Shown: in pieces, positions 1 through 11,460 of the stretch
How positions within the stretch are numbered: the stretch's first letter is position 1
Layout of the letters: each line of letters begins with the position of its first letter
Assembly: GCF_011745625.1 (NCBI RefSeq)
Contig: NW_027191455.1
Location: forward strand, 806,001 to 870,000
DNA length: 64,000 bases
Direction: 5' to 3'
DNA from: Cladosporium halotolerans
Lineage: Eukaryota
Position numbers and translations under genes: made by a program
The notes under the pieces: model-generated
The model's input: the letters and a program-made list of their open reading frames with translations, nothing else
Database searches by the model: none
What the model was told of the DNA's origin: nothing

Positions 1-49
1 CAACACCGACAACCACCACCTCCACTCCCGCTTTCGTGCCTGATCGCCC

Positions 50-1978
50 ACAGGGCGCGCTGCGTGTAGAGCCAAGGGCGCATGCTTGATAATGTCCTTC
101 TTTTTGCGCGCGCCCATTCTGCCTGCTGACCTGCCAACCCGCCCGTGACTCTGCGCGCCGCCAGCATGTGACGCCGTCCGTTCGCCTGCCACCCACCGCC
201 CTCCACCGCTCGCCAGGCCTGTTGCGGCAGGCGAACGCGCGTTGGTGCGCGTGTATAGCAATCGCTCACGAGCGTGTGTCATCGCCGTCGCATAGGTCAG
301 GGCCAACCGGGGCAATAACAGCGCGGGTGGATCTCAACAAAACGCCATGCCGCCGTCTGCTTTCCCCATGAAGTCTGGCGCTCACACCGAACGCCGTACC
401 ATCAGCGGGCAGAAACTTCTCGCGCTCCGCAGAACCCACGTGGGCGCGCTCTGTCGCCTCTCCGCCCGGCGCTGCCTCGTCGGCATACCGGTTCAGGCGT
501 GCGGAGGAGGCGTCGAGAGCGCCTCGTTCCCCTGCCTCGACTCAGCGGCGTGGCACGGCTCTCGCTGCCGGACGCCATCGTGAAGGCATCGTGACGGGCA
601 CGTCCTCGCCATCTCCCGCCCGCCGCACGCCATCGTCACACTATACCGCTGCCTCGCTGGCTTTCTCCCCCTCCAGCCTTGCTTCGGGGTGCGCGCGCAC
701 CGCGGAGTTGGTACCTTGGCAAAGCCAGCGCCCAACACCGTTGTACTACCGGCACAGGGCCGCCGTCGCGGCTTTTCTCTGCAAACAGCCTTCTCGTGGG
801 ACATTCTTAGAGAGGCGAACGGACTCCGGTGCGGCTTGCTCGTCGACGCCGTCGCGGAGCTCGCCACTCTGCCCGACATCGGTAGATTATTACCCCAGAG
901 TCGAGGCCCTGAAGGCTCTTTCGTGCCAGACTCCGCACCCTCGCCGATCAGGAAATCGAATGCGACGGCCCTACTGTCCGTACCCTCACGAGCTTCGTGT
1001 TCGCGACGATGCTATTCACAGCATCCGTCGTCGTCGCCGTCGTCTGCCTTGCTCAGGGCAGGGCGAAAATCCCTTCCCCGAGTTTTTCGTCATTCCCGAC
1101 GGCAGACTTCGCTCCCGCAGCGAGTCAATCGCGCCTCCCGCGCAGGTATCCCCGTCATGTACTTTTCCTCTCACCTTGATGACAACGATGGCGTGACTCC
1201 CAAACTCCAACCATGCATGAAGCACCCGTCGATCACCAGGCCGTGATCCGTAAGCCAACTCCGTCACACCGCACTCTAAATCGCGAGTCTGTTACCAGTC
1301 AATCAATCAATCACTCAATCAATCAATGAGTGGTGATTTGACCCCCAGCCATCACAGTCGCTCCATCAGCGAGTGGTATAGACGTTGCGCTGCGCCCGGC
1401 AGATCTGCCTGCCCTGCGCGGCTAAGAATTTCCTAGGGCGACGACCGCGGGAGTGTGCTCGACGGGCAGGACCCACAAAGCTTGGCGCTACTGAGGCCCC
1501 AGGCATGCATGCAGGATACCTTAAGTTCACTTCAAGGCTTGGTTTTGCGTGCTATAGGCGCGTCGCGAGAGTGGTTGGTGGCCGTTTGGAAAAAAGCTCG
1601 TCGGTGCTCACCGCTGAATGTCGTTGCGACGACTTGCGCATTGGTGGAGGGATTTCCTCGAAATGTTTTCCGTTGCGGGCGCGCAAAGACTTTCCTGAAG
1701 AGGCAAGTTGGCTGACGCGGGTTTACCTCACTTGGTAATGATGGAGGCTCGACGTGATTTCCATTCTGGGTGCAAGGGAGCATGATGAGCTGAGGCAAAT
1801 CGTGGAAGTAGTCTTGAGAGTAAACAATCGGCATGAATTCCTTTCTACAAACACACGGACACACGCGGAGAGCGACCCACCGTCGTCATACCGTGATTAG
1901 AGACGCGGTCCCAGTCTTACACTGCGGACCATCCCCATCCTGGTGTGATTATGGATAGGGCCCCGGTCCAATTTTTTA
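50..1978 (+). ncRNA. Candidate large structured non-coding RNA (unidentified)
   Basis: No convincing ORF. Many nested complementary segments (e.g. 306-313/1960-1967, 426-432/1922-1928, 453-465/1865-1876, 1030-1038/1437-1445, 1054-1062/1408-1416, 179-190/226-237). Sm-like AATTTTTT at 1970-1977. Confidence 0.45.
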
Positions 1979-2079
1979 CTGTACACCGTAACCAGAAACC
2001 AAACCCCGCTCTGCAATGCATGGAAATCTCAAAAAAAGCAAAGCAATCAAAACAATGCAAATTTAGTCAGTGATCAAAG

Positions 2080-5000
2080 TCACTGCTTCTCGGCTTCTTC
2101 CTTCATGAGCCTCGCGAGCTCCTTCGCGTCGTCCTCGCTGCCGAACTGCACATACCACTGAGTCGGCTTCTTAGGCTCAGTCTCATTGATATGGTCGACG
2201 AAGCTGGCCGTCACGCGCTTGCCTTGCTGGGCGTACATCGAAGCGACGGTGAGGACGTTGAAGTTCATGCCGGCCTTGCCGAGCGGCGCGACCTTCTGCA
2301 GCAGGCGAACCTTGCCGGTGGTCTTGTTGCGCAGCAGCCAGACGGGGCCCAGGGCCTTGTACGTCCACTCCGGCTTCTCGGCGTTGGCCTTGGTCTCGAA
2401 CTTGTAGGACTTGGCCTTGGCGACGTGGTAGAGGACGTCGGACTCTTCCTTCTCAGAGGCCTGGAGCGCGGTCATGTCCTCGACCTGAGGGTCTTTGCCG
2501 GCTTCGTCGTCAGGGTCCGCAGTTTCCTCGCCGGTGGGAGTCGTTGTCGTAGCTTCAGCGCTGGGCTGGGCGGGCTCTGCGGCCTTCGGGGGTGGGAACG
2601 AGGAGCTCTCGGTCGAAGACTTGCTGGTGAAAGAGAACAGGCTTGCGCCGTTGCTCTGGGTCTTCTGGGTCTGCGAGAACAAAGAGGTGCCACTGGATGG
2701 CATCGGTGTACTGCTGCCGGCGTTGCCGAAAGACTTGAAGCCGGTGCTGCTTCCAAAAAGACCTGTACCCTTGGGAGGGGCAGTGAGCGGGGCGGCGGGC
2801 GTGCTGGCTTCGGCACCGAATTTGATCGGAGTTCCCTGCTTCCAAGTCTTATCGGCAGCCGGAGTCTCCGCGGCCGCCTCATCCTTCTTCGCTCGGTCTT
2901 GGGAAGAAGGCCCCGAGGCCGTAGCCTCACCCTTCTTCCCACCAAGGTCAGAAGGACCCGAGGCGGCCTTCATGGAGAAACCGCCGCCAGACTTCGCAGC
3001 CTCCTCGATAGCCTTGCGCTTCGCCGCCTGCTTCTCCTCGTAATTCTTCTTCCACTCCTCTGGGTCGTCGTCTTCGCTGTCAAAGTCCTCGTCCATGGCC
3101 TTCTGGCGAGCGGCATCCTGTGCCTTGCTGGCGTTCTGTCCGAAAGCCGAGAGGAAGTTGGATCCACCGGCAGGCGGCGCGGCAAAGGTGGGCATGAAAC
3201 CACCAGCGGCAGCGGGCTTCGGCATGGCAGGCTTAGCGGCAGCAGGTGTTGGGCTGGAAGCAGATGTCGCTGCCTTCGGCGCGTCGTTTGTCGGCTTCGG
3301 GGAGAAAAGCGAGCTGGTAGATGGCTTGAAGCCACCAAACATCGAGGGTTTGGGAGCCTCGTCACCAGGCTTATGCGCTTGCTCGGCCGGCTCTGATGCA
3401 AACAGGGACTTCGCCGCGGCGCCGACATCAGCGGGCTTGTCGAGAGCTGCCTCGAAAAGCTTTGCGGTGTTGCTGGCGCTAGCGGAGAGCTTGGGGTACT
3501 CGACAGCTTCGTTGGACTTCCTGCGCTTCTCCGTTGCTGCGGCGGGAACGTCATCATCTTCGATGTCGACGACGCTGCGCTTCTTCGTTGGCGCGGTTGA
3601 AGGCGCGGTCCCAAACAGACCAGTCGAGGGAGTCGGCTTAGGGTATTCCAAAGCTGCACCGGACCTCTTGCGCTTCTCCGTTGCGGGCACGTCATCCTCT
3701 TCGGTGCGCTTCTTCGTCGGCGCAGTGGACGGCATGGTGCCGAACAGACCAGTCGAGGACGAAACCTTAGGGTATGCCAAAGCGTCACCGGACTTCCTGC
3801 GCTTCTCTGTCAAGGGAGCGTCGTCCTCGTCGCTCTGAATGCCGCGCTTCTTGACCGGGGCGGTAGCGGGCACACTGGTGAACAGGCCAGTCGTGGATGC
3901 AGGCTTGGGCGTCTGAGCATCAGGTTGATGGTGTCCAAAGAGGCTCTTGGTCAGATCAACCCCGTTCGACTTGCTCGGCGCCGCGGGCTTCGGGGCCTGG
4001 GCTGCAGCTGAGCTGCGGGAAAAGACATTCGAGCTCGGCGCTGCGTCAGATGATTTAGAGGCCGTCTTGCCTTTCTTCTTCGCTTCCAGTTCGTCGATCT
4101 TGGCTTTCTTCAGGATGTAGAACCTGCATACTTCGCTGAAATCTGCGTTGCGGTCGGCGGCTTGCAAATGAGCCAAGAAGCCCTCGTTCAGCATGCGTAA
4201 ATGGCTGTAAGAGGGCTCAGACGCCTTGGCAGATGTAGAGGTGGCGGGCGCGGGCGCATGCGAAGATGCGGCGGGCGCTGGAGTTTGACTAGGTGCGGGT
4301 GCGGGTGTAGGTGCAGGCGCAGGTGCAGGCGCAGGTGCAGTTGCCGCGGGCGTCTGAGCGGCGGAGAAAATGTTGCTCGTGGATTGCTTGGATGCCGCAG
4401 GAGTAAACAGCGATGCAGAAGCTGTTTGCTTGGGGGTACTCGATCCGAAAAGGGAGTTTGTGAAGGCCGGCTGTGATTTTGCGGCTGCGGGTGCCTCGGG
4501 CGCCTTGGCCTCAGCAGGCTTTGGTGCGAACAGCGAGCTCGTCGCAGATGGCTTCGGCGCAGCGGCAGCGAAAAGTGAAGTGCTGGATGATGACGTGGTA
4601 GGCTTCAGGGTCTCTGGTGCCTTAGCTTGAGTCTCCATTGAAGGAGTCGGTGTGGCAGGTACAGCGGTGTTGCTGGCTGCGCTTGTAAAGAGGTTCTTTG
4701 CCGGTGCTGTTGCAGGCGGCGCGGCTGAGAATCCGCCAAAGAGATTCGATGCTTTAGGCGCAGGAGTTGCGCTCACAGGCTGTTGTTTGGCCTTGTCAGG
4801 ATAGGTGATGCGGCTAAACAGGTCGCCGCCGGAGGGAGCGGGCGCCTTGGGTGTTGCCATAGTGTCGGAAGACGGAGGCGCTTGGGTGTTTTCTGAGCTA
4901 TTCGGTCTCGAAATGCGGCTAAACAAATCCCTGCCTGCCGCCGGTGCAGCAGGCTGTGGAGCGCTGAACAAGCTGGACGTACTACCGAAGCCAGTGAATG

Positions 5001-7510
5001 CAGGCTTGGCAGGCTCTTGCTTTTGCGGACTGACCATCTTATCGTCTTCGTCCTCTTCGCCAGCGGGCATTTGTGACTGCGAGAACGTAAAGCTCGGTTT
5101 CGAAGTTTGCTCCTTTTGCCAACCACTGAGCACGCTGGTGCCTGGAGCCTGTTGACTTCCAGCACTTGGAGCAGGCGACGCGCTTGTGAAGGAAGCCCAC
5201 CCGTCTGCCTTGGGAGTATCGGTCGGCTTGCCGAACAGAGACATTGCGCCCTGGAAAGGGGACGGGCTCTTTTGTTCGGTGCTTGGCTGCGGAGCGAAGA
5301 GACTGTTTGTTTGCTGTTGAGCTGACTGTTGCTGAGCCGGCTGCTGTTCGGCTGGCTTCTGTGTGGACTGGGAGGCACCAAACCCACCGAAAGTGGGCGT
5401 GGAAGAACCGTTTGTCTGCTCCGAGCCAAAGGTGAACGTGGTGGACGGCGCGGCGCTGTCTTGTTGAGGTTGTTGAGGTTGTGCGTTGAAGCCGGAGAAT
5501 TGGTTTGTGGGTGCAGGACTGCTTGACGTGCTTTGTGTGCCAAAGGCGCCGAGTGATGGGCTGTTGTTGTTCTGCGTTTGCTGAGTGAATCCGGCGAACG
5601 GATTGGAAGGCACGTTGCTAGCGTTGCCGTTGGCCTGTGCTTGAGTGGTCTGTGCTTGCTGGCCAAAGCCGCCGAATGAAGGCGCAGCCTGTCCATTGCC
5701 ATTCACTTGGGGTTGCTGGCCGAAGCCTGCGAAAGGGTTGCTGGTCTGCTGACCAAACCCGTTGCTGCTGGGCTGTTGCGGCTGTTGCTGCCCGAATGTG
5801 AAGGATGCAGACGATGAGCCTTGCTCCATGGTGCTCTGCGCAGGGGTTTCCTGCTGGCCGAATGTAAATGAACCGCCGCTTGGTTGCTGGCTGTTGTTGC
5901 CGCCGAAGCTGAAGGTGCTCGGCGTGGTGCTGAATGTGTTCGGAGGTGTGAATGTGGTGCTCGGCCCGGTCAAGGGAGACGCAGACCGAGCCTTGCCGCC
6001 TCTTTTTAGACTGGCGATTCTGCTTGGGTTAGCTCTCAGTCCGTATCTGCGCAGTACGCCAATGGGTGCAGCAGAGCTGCTTCTGGTTGGTTCCGTCTCG
6101 TAAATCATGCCGAACTGCTGCGTCAGGCTGCCGCGGGCAGCTTCAGACCCGGCCACCCGGAGCTGTTCCCTTTCCTTGTACTCGTCGCCGTCGTAGATGT
6201 GTTTATCTTCGTCGTCAGAAACGGACGAAGTGCTGCCGTCGGCAGCGAGGTTGTCAAAGTCGGCGTCCTCCATAGTGAGGTTGCCATCGCCGTCTGTGAG
6301 GTGCGACACGTCGCCTTCGTCGGCAGGCGTGTCGTCGTCCTCCAGCACCACGTCTCCGTCCTTGTCCGTAATGATGGACGTGTCGCCTCCTTCGACGTCC
6401 ATATCGTCCTTTAGCTGCGGAACGCGGTCTTCGCGTTCGTTGGCGTTGCCACCGGCTCCAAACGCCACGTCCAATTGCCACGACATTGTAGCGACGTCGA
6501 GGGAGGATCGATTTTCGTTGGTGGTTTCCGAAATGTGTCTTGTCGTGTCTGTCGGAAGTAGCGTCTGGTGTCTGTATGCAGACTTGGCTGGAAGCTTGGC
6601 GACAATGCATACGGGTGTGAAGTGAGGTACTGTAGGGATTGCAGCCAACGGGAGGCAGTGCGCTCGCCACCAGCCTAAGTAGGTGAATGCCAATGCTTTG
6701 CGCCGCTGAATCGACACGTGAAGAAGACCGAAGGGTGATTGTAAGCATCACTAGCCGCGACGCAGCGATCATCCCCGCCGGCATCACATTCTGACCTCCC
6801 TTTGACGGCTCGCCCATGAGAGGAGCATTGTGTGATTTGTGATTGCATATCGTCTCCGTCGAAACTGATTCAGCCTCTTTCGATGGTGGAGGACTGTGGC
6901 TCACCGAAGGTGTACACGCGAAGGTGACATCTTCTAGCTTGACACAAGGCAGTCGGTCGAGCGATTTGTAACAGCTAGTGGCCAATTGAATTTGCAGAGG
7001 TAGCGTTTGGGAGGTTCTCACATCTCAAGAATCCTTGCAGGAGACAGCTTCCGACCCCACTCTCTTTATTTTCATTCAAGAGTTGAAAGGGCTGTGGCGA
7101 AGATTTTGCGGTGGCATCGTATTGTCACAGAGGGAAGAGGAGTCTCGAGCGACAATGGCGATGGGCCGAATCTTGGGCGGACATCTTGGGCGGACACCTC
7201 TCGACCGTACTTCTGCTAACCAGCATTCACAGCTCCAAGAGCAGTTTGATTCACACGGCTGCGAGTTTCTTCGCAGACAACGACGTCTCGGGTTTCAATT
7301 TCAGAGACATCCAACTCCAGCAATGATCCGGCCAGGCCAACCAGAGCAGCTCATCAATAAACAGAACGTGGAATGGTAATGTACTTACTTTCTCTTGGCC
7401 ATTTGCGCGGCCGTCGCGGCCTTCGGCTTTTCATCCATGGCTGAAGAATCGTTGCCCCAGCTTCCGTATCTTTCAGCGCCGCCTTGTCCCTCAGCACCTC
7501 TCTTGCTCAT
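2080..7510 (-). CDS. NUP2: Nucleoporin Nup2/Nup50-like (FxFG repeats, C-terminal RanBP1-type domain); exons 7510-7389 and 6019-2080, ~1353 aa
   Basis: Exon 1 encodes MSKRGAEG...KAATAAQMAKRK and ends at a GTAAGT donor (7388). GCTAAC branch and CAG acceptor at 6020 join it in frame to IASLKR. FxFG/NPF repeats; RanBD-like C-terminus (KSYKF...WTYKALGPVWLLRNKTTGKVRLL). Confidence 0.85.
3490..3890 (-). repeat. Three intragenic ~43-48 aa repeats (TGLF..P.TAP.KKR...EKR...YPK) in NUP2
   Basis: Visible in both the translation and the DNA. Confidence 0.85.
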
Positions 7511-8441
7511 CCTCCGTCTGTCCACAGTCTTCTATCTGGGATTCCGGATGTTTTCGAGAGATTATGATGCAGGCAGATAGACCGTGATAGAACTAGACGT
7601 GCTGCTCGTAGTTGCAGTCCGGGCGGGCGAAGAAATCGTCTCGTCTGGGTCGCGGGTGTCTTGGTTCGTAGATTTATGGCAATGATGCGCCGCGTCGTCG
7701 CGTGAGGTCGAGGGAGGAAAAACAACAGGCGCGCGAAAAGCGCAAGTTGAGTGAAGGGTGGTTCGCAAATCGAGGGGGTCGCGGAGAGTAGAGGAAGGGG
7801 TGGTGTCTGGGGTGTTGTTGATGGAAAGTGACGACTTTCACCTGGCTTTCTGCGCAGAAGTCAAGACGTGAAGTGGCTCCCTAGCAGCAAAGTCCGGGGC
7901 GGGCAAAACACTGCGCTTGCGCCAGGCTGTCGGCTGTGCCGCCGCTGAGAAGCTCGCGCTCCAACGCCACGGGAACCTTGGGCCGTGCTGCTGAACGCCT
8001 AGCTACTTCCCGCTCACGTGGTAGATCATCAGTATTTTGCTATCTGTTCGAGTTCGAAACTATCACCCGAATTTAAATTTCTACTGATTCATTGCTTTTA
8101 CGCTACTTCTCATTTTTTCATATTCAACTCAGTCAGGCAACAGAGAGGCAGGGGTGGAGCGCGCTAATGAGCTCTTACCACTGACGTAACCTTGTACCAG
8201 GCGTTGCGACTTCACTACGCAAGGTTGCTGAGTGCAAGGAAGGTGGTCTTACAGGAGCACGGGAGCAAGACCATAAACACATACCTGCGGAGGGTTTCTG
8301 CAATGGTCGCAAATAAGCTTCATGTCATCACATGCGTGCAAAAAGAAAGTGGAAAAAGAAAGTGTACATCGGTCATTCGGAGCAATATCTACACATGCAG
8401 CGCTTCGCTAAAGTGGCATAAATCATCACATACCCTGCTCA

Positions 8442-11067
8442 TCAGTTCGCAACTCCACCGGCGACCCAATCATTGAACTCGGGCTGACCAGGCTGCGGGA
8501 ACAGACCTTGATCAGGTTGTTGCTGAGCCATAGGCTGCTGTTGCTGTTGCTGTTGCCGGCCCCCCTCGGCCTCTCGTCTCCGAGCCTCAGCGGCCCTCTG
8601 CAGCTGGTTTCTGTGCCACATTAACCAACCCAGAGCGGCCAAAAGCCCTCCCAGCATAAGTGCTACGAAGACATCGTCGTCTACGTCAATATCGTCATCC
8701 CAAGTGTCATCGCCGCCGGGCATGGGATCATGCTGGGCGTCCCAGTCATCTGCCTCGTACTGCTGCGCGTACATCTCGGCGTCCGCTTTGAGAAAGTCAT
8801 CGAGCCATTCGGACAGCGAGCGCTTCTTGCGTTTCTCGGATTCGTCATCGATGCCCTTGATGCCACCGCGGGTTACGGTGTTCCACCAGCTGCGCCAGCG
8901 AAGCTTCCACAGCGATAGTTTGACTGGTAGGTAGGCTTCCTGGTTGATCTCGAGCGCTTGATCATAGAAGCGCTTAGCCAGGTGAAAATCCTGATCGATG
9001 CCGACACCATTCTCATGCATCCAGCCCAGATTCCACAGCGCCTGCGCAGACTGCAAGCTTTCGCCAGCCGCTTGATAGCATGCGGCCGCGTTCTCTGGTG
9101 ACGCGACAGTGCCCAGTCCGGAGAGATAGTAGTCACCCGCCTTCACAAGCGAGTCGATGTTGTGCTGCTTGGCGCTGCGAGTCCAGTGAACCAGAGCCAG
9201 AGTGGCGTCGCCCAATGCAGTCTGGGTGTTTTGCTTCAATGAAATGAGCCAGTCAACCGGGCTCCAGCGGGGGCGGGAATGATCGAGCAGCCATGCGACG
9301 TTGGCCTGGGAATGCTCAGAGCCTTGCTCTGCAGCCATAAGATAATGAACAAGTGCCTTCTGGTTGTCACCCTGCTCAAAAGCGTCGTTGGCTTCACCTA
9401 GGGAGCCCCAGATGGCCTCCGCTTTTTCTGCGACGATCTTGTATTGTACGGCTGCCGTGCCGCAGCTTCGGTCACGTCCGATACCTTGATTGTTCATCTC
9501 CGCGAGATAGTAGAACGCCTCGATGTGGCTGTTGCGAGCGGCAAGTTCGAAATAGCGAGTTGCCGTGGGAATGTCGCCCTGGTCGAGGAACATAATACCA
9601 AGATTCGTCTGGGCAACCGCAAGGTCCTGGTCCGCTGCAGCTCCGAAGAACTCGCTCGCCCTCTTGATGTTTCGCTCAACACCAAGGCCATCGCGGTACA
9701 TCAATCCCATAGAGTACTGACAAAGAGCATCGCCATTTGCAAGGCCTCGGCTGAACCAGATCCGCGCCTTGGTGAAGCTCTGCTCCATCCCCTCCCCACG
9801 TAGGAACATTCGACCGAGGTATCCAGCCGACTTCGAAGCGAGTTTCTCCATTCCAGGCGACACGTCATTCTTGATGTGTCCATTGCGGTCCCAATATTGC
9901 CTCGCAACGTCCATGAAATAGCTCTTAGCAAGTTTGAGGTCCCTTTTCATTCCCCTACCGCCGTCATAATGAACCCTGGCTAGACCAAAGCTGGCATGAA
10001 AGTCACCTTTGGATGCCTGGAAGTGCAGATATTCCATGACATCCTCCACGTCCGCGTAAGCATCGCTAGTCGGACCGCCTTGCTTTGCGTGGATTCCGGA
10101 GGAGCTGACGCTCGCGCCTTCACCGTACACACCTCCTGCTTCATCTACGAGCCGGTAGGAATCACGGATCAAGCTGTGACCGCCTGGAGGCCCAGAGCGG
10201 TAGTATTCGATGGCCTTGTCCGCCACCCGCTGGTACCAATGGACGGCTTCGTCGCAATTACGTGGAGTCCCAATGCCTGTGTGGTGTCGGTATGCTAGGG
10301 TCATCTCCGAGCGTGTATTGCCCTGTTCGGCAGCAAAAGTGTGGTAGAGCATGCTCTTTGCCTGATCTGCCGGAACCTGCGGACTCAAGCCCGTCGCATA
10401 GATGAAGCCAACCATGTATTGTGCCGTGCTGTTTCCGTTCAACTCTGCCAATTGCTTGTACCTCTTGAAAGCCTGCTCGTAATTGATGGGGTGGGTATGA
10501 TTTCCGTAAAAGTTCAGCTCCGCCAACAAGTAGATAGCGTCGGCGTCGTCGTCCTTTGCTGCATCCTCCAGCAAGGCCACAGCCTTCGACAAAGGTTGTG
10601 CGAGCTTGATCGGCTGAGAAGTCGTCGTCGAAATCAGGTTCTCGTCTTTGGGCGCATTCATGAACAAAAGGACGAACGCCTCCTTCGCGTAGTATGCTGT
10701 GGTGCCAAACAGCCCTTTCGGCTTCTGTGTGTACTTTGCAAGCTTCGAGACTGAAGGCGCCTTGATTTTACGAAGGATCGCGGTCGCCTCGTCTACAGCA
10801 TGATGTCTCTTGTCCCCCGCGCTCTCCTGCTCAACATCATCCTTTGCTCGCGTGCTATCCTCCCATCGGGTCGAGCCTGGGTGTTTGTGGCTCTCCTGCA
10901 ACGGCTTTTGTTGGTCGACATGGTGCGCCGCATCTCGAGCAAGACCGTGGGCGATGAATATGCAGAACGCGACTGTAGTAGCATTAGCGGGGTGGACTGT
11001 CAATAATCTTGATCGAAAGTGGCTTACGCAGGAGCAGAGGCAGGATGCGCCAGCTGGACTGTTTCAT
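8442..11067 (-). CDS. HRD3: ERAD Hrd3/SEL1L Sel1-repeat membrane protein; exons 11067-11028 and 10972-8442
   Basis: Signal peptide MKQSSWRILPLLLLAFCIFIAHGLA after removing a GTAAGC..GCTAAT..CAG intron. Many Sel1 repeats, WNLGWMHENG..DFHLAKRFYD motif, C-terminal TM helix. Confidence 0.92.
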
Positions 11068-11460
11068 TGTGGACGGTGGTGATGTGCTATCCGAGTGCTC
11101 GGCACGACATAGAACATGCTTATCCTTCACCTCATCGGCATGGAAGTTCAGGTAGTACTATGAGACTTGAGAGTGATGGCGGCAATGTGGCCAAGTTTCC
11201 TTTGTTTGGTCGGCCGCTGAGCGTCATGCGAGCAAGCGACGCCGCCCGAACCACAAGCTCCGGCAAGCGACGATCGGCGCTGGCAGCAGTGACACCTGAG
11301 GCTGAAGCGTGTCGTCTCACGGCAATCGTTACCAAACTCAATGAATGCGCCAGAACGGAGATCGTGCAGCTTATCTTGATTAAATCGGCCACCGAGCTCC
11401 TATCGAATGACGCATACCGAGAATTGTTGCCACTTGCCACTGAGAGACAACGGTTAAGCT

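Noticed and set aside
591..1246. ORFs of 201, 185 and 60 aa in the first 1.3 kb
   Set aside because: No recognisable domain and mostly non-ATG starts; expected by chance in GC-rich DNA.
1695..1717. CTGAAGA hammerhead-like core
   Set aside because: The putative stem II is followed by GACG rather than GAAA, and flanking stems are absent.
1..2000. Firm call as telomerase RNA, U1, RNase P or RNase MRP
   Set aside because: No CCCTAA/TAACCC template, no ACTTACC 5' end, and no GGAAnnUC/GAAAGUCCCC P4 motif in the right place. Kept only as an unidentified ncRNA candidate.
6487..6717. ORF-track N-terminal extension of NUP2 (GTG start at 6717)
   Set aside because: Non-coding-like sequence inside the intron; the conserved-looking start exon is at 7510.
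7301..7358. Possible C/D snoRNA in the NUP2 intron (TTGATGA...CTGA, minus strand)
   Set aside because: Too short, with no convincing rRNA guide adjacent to a D box.
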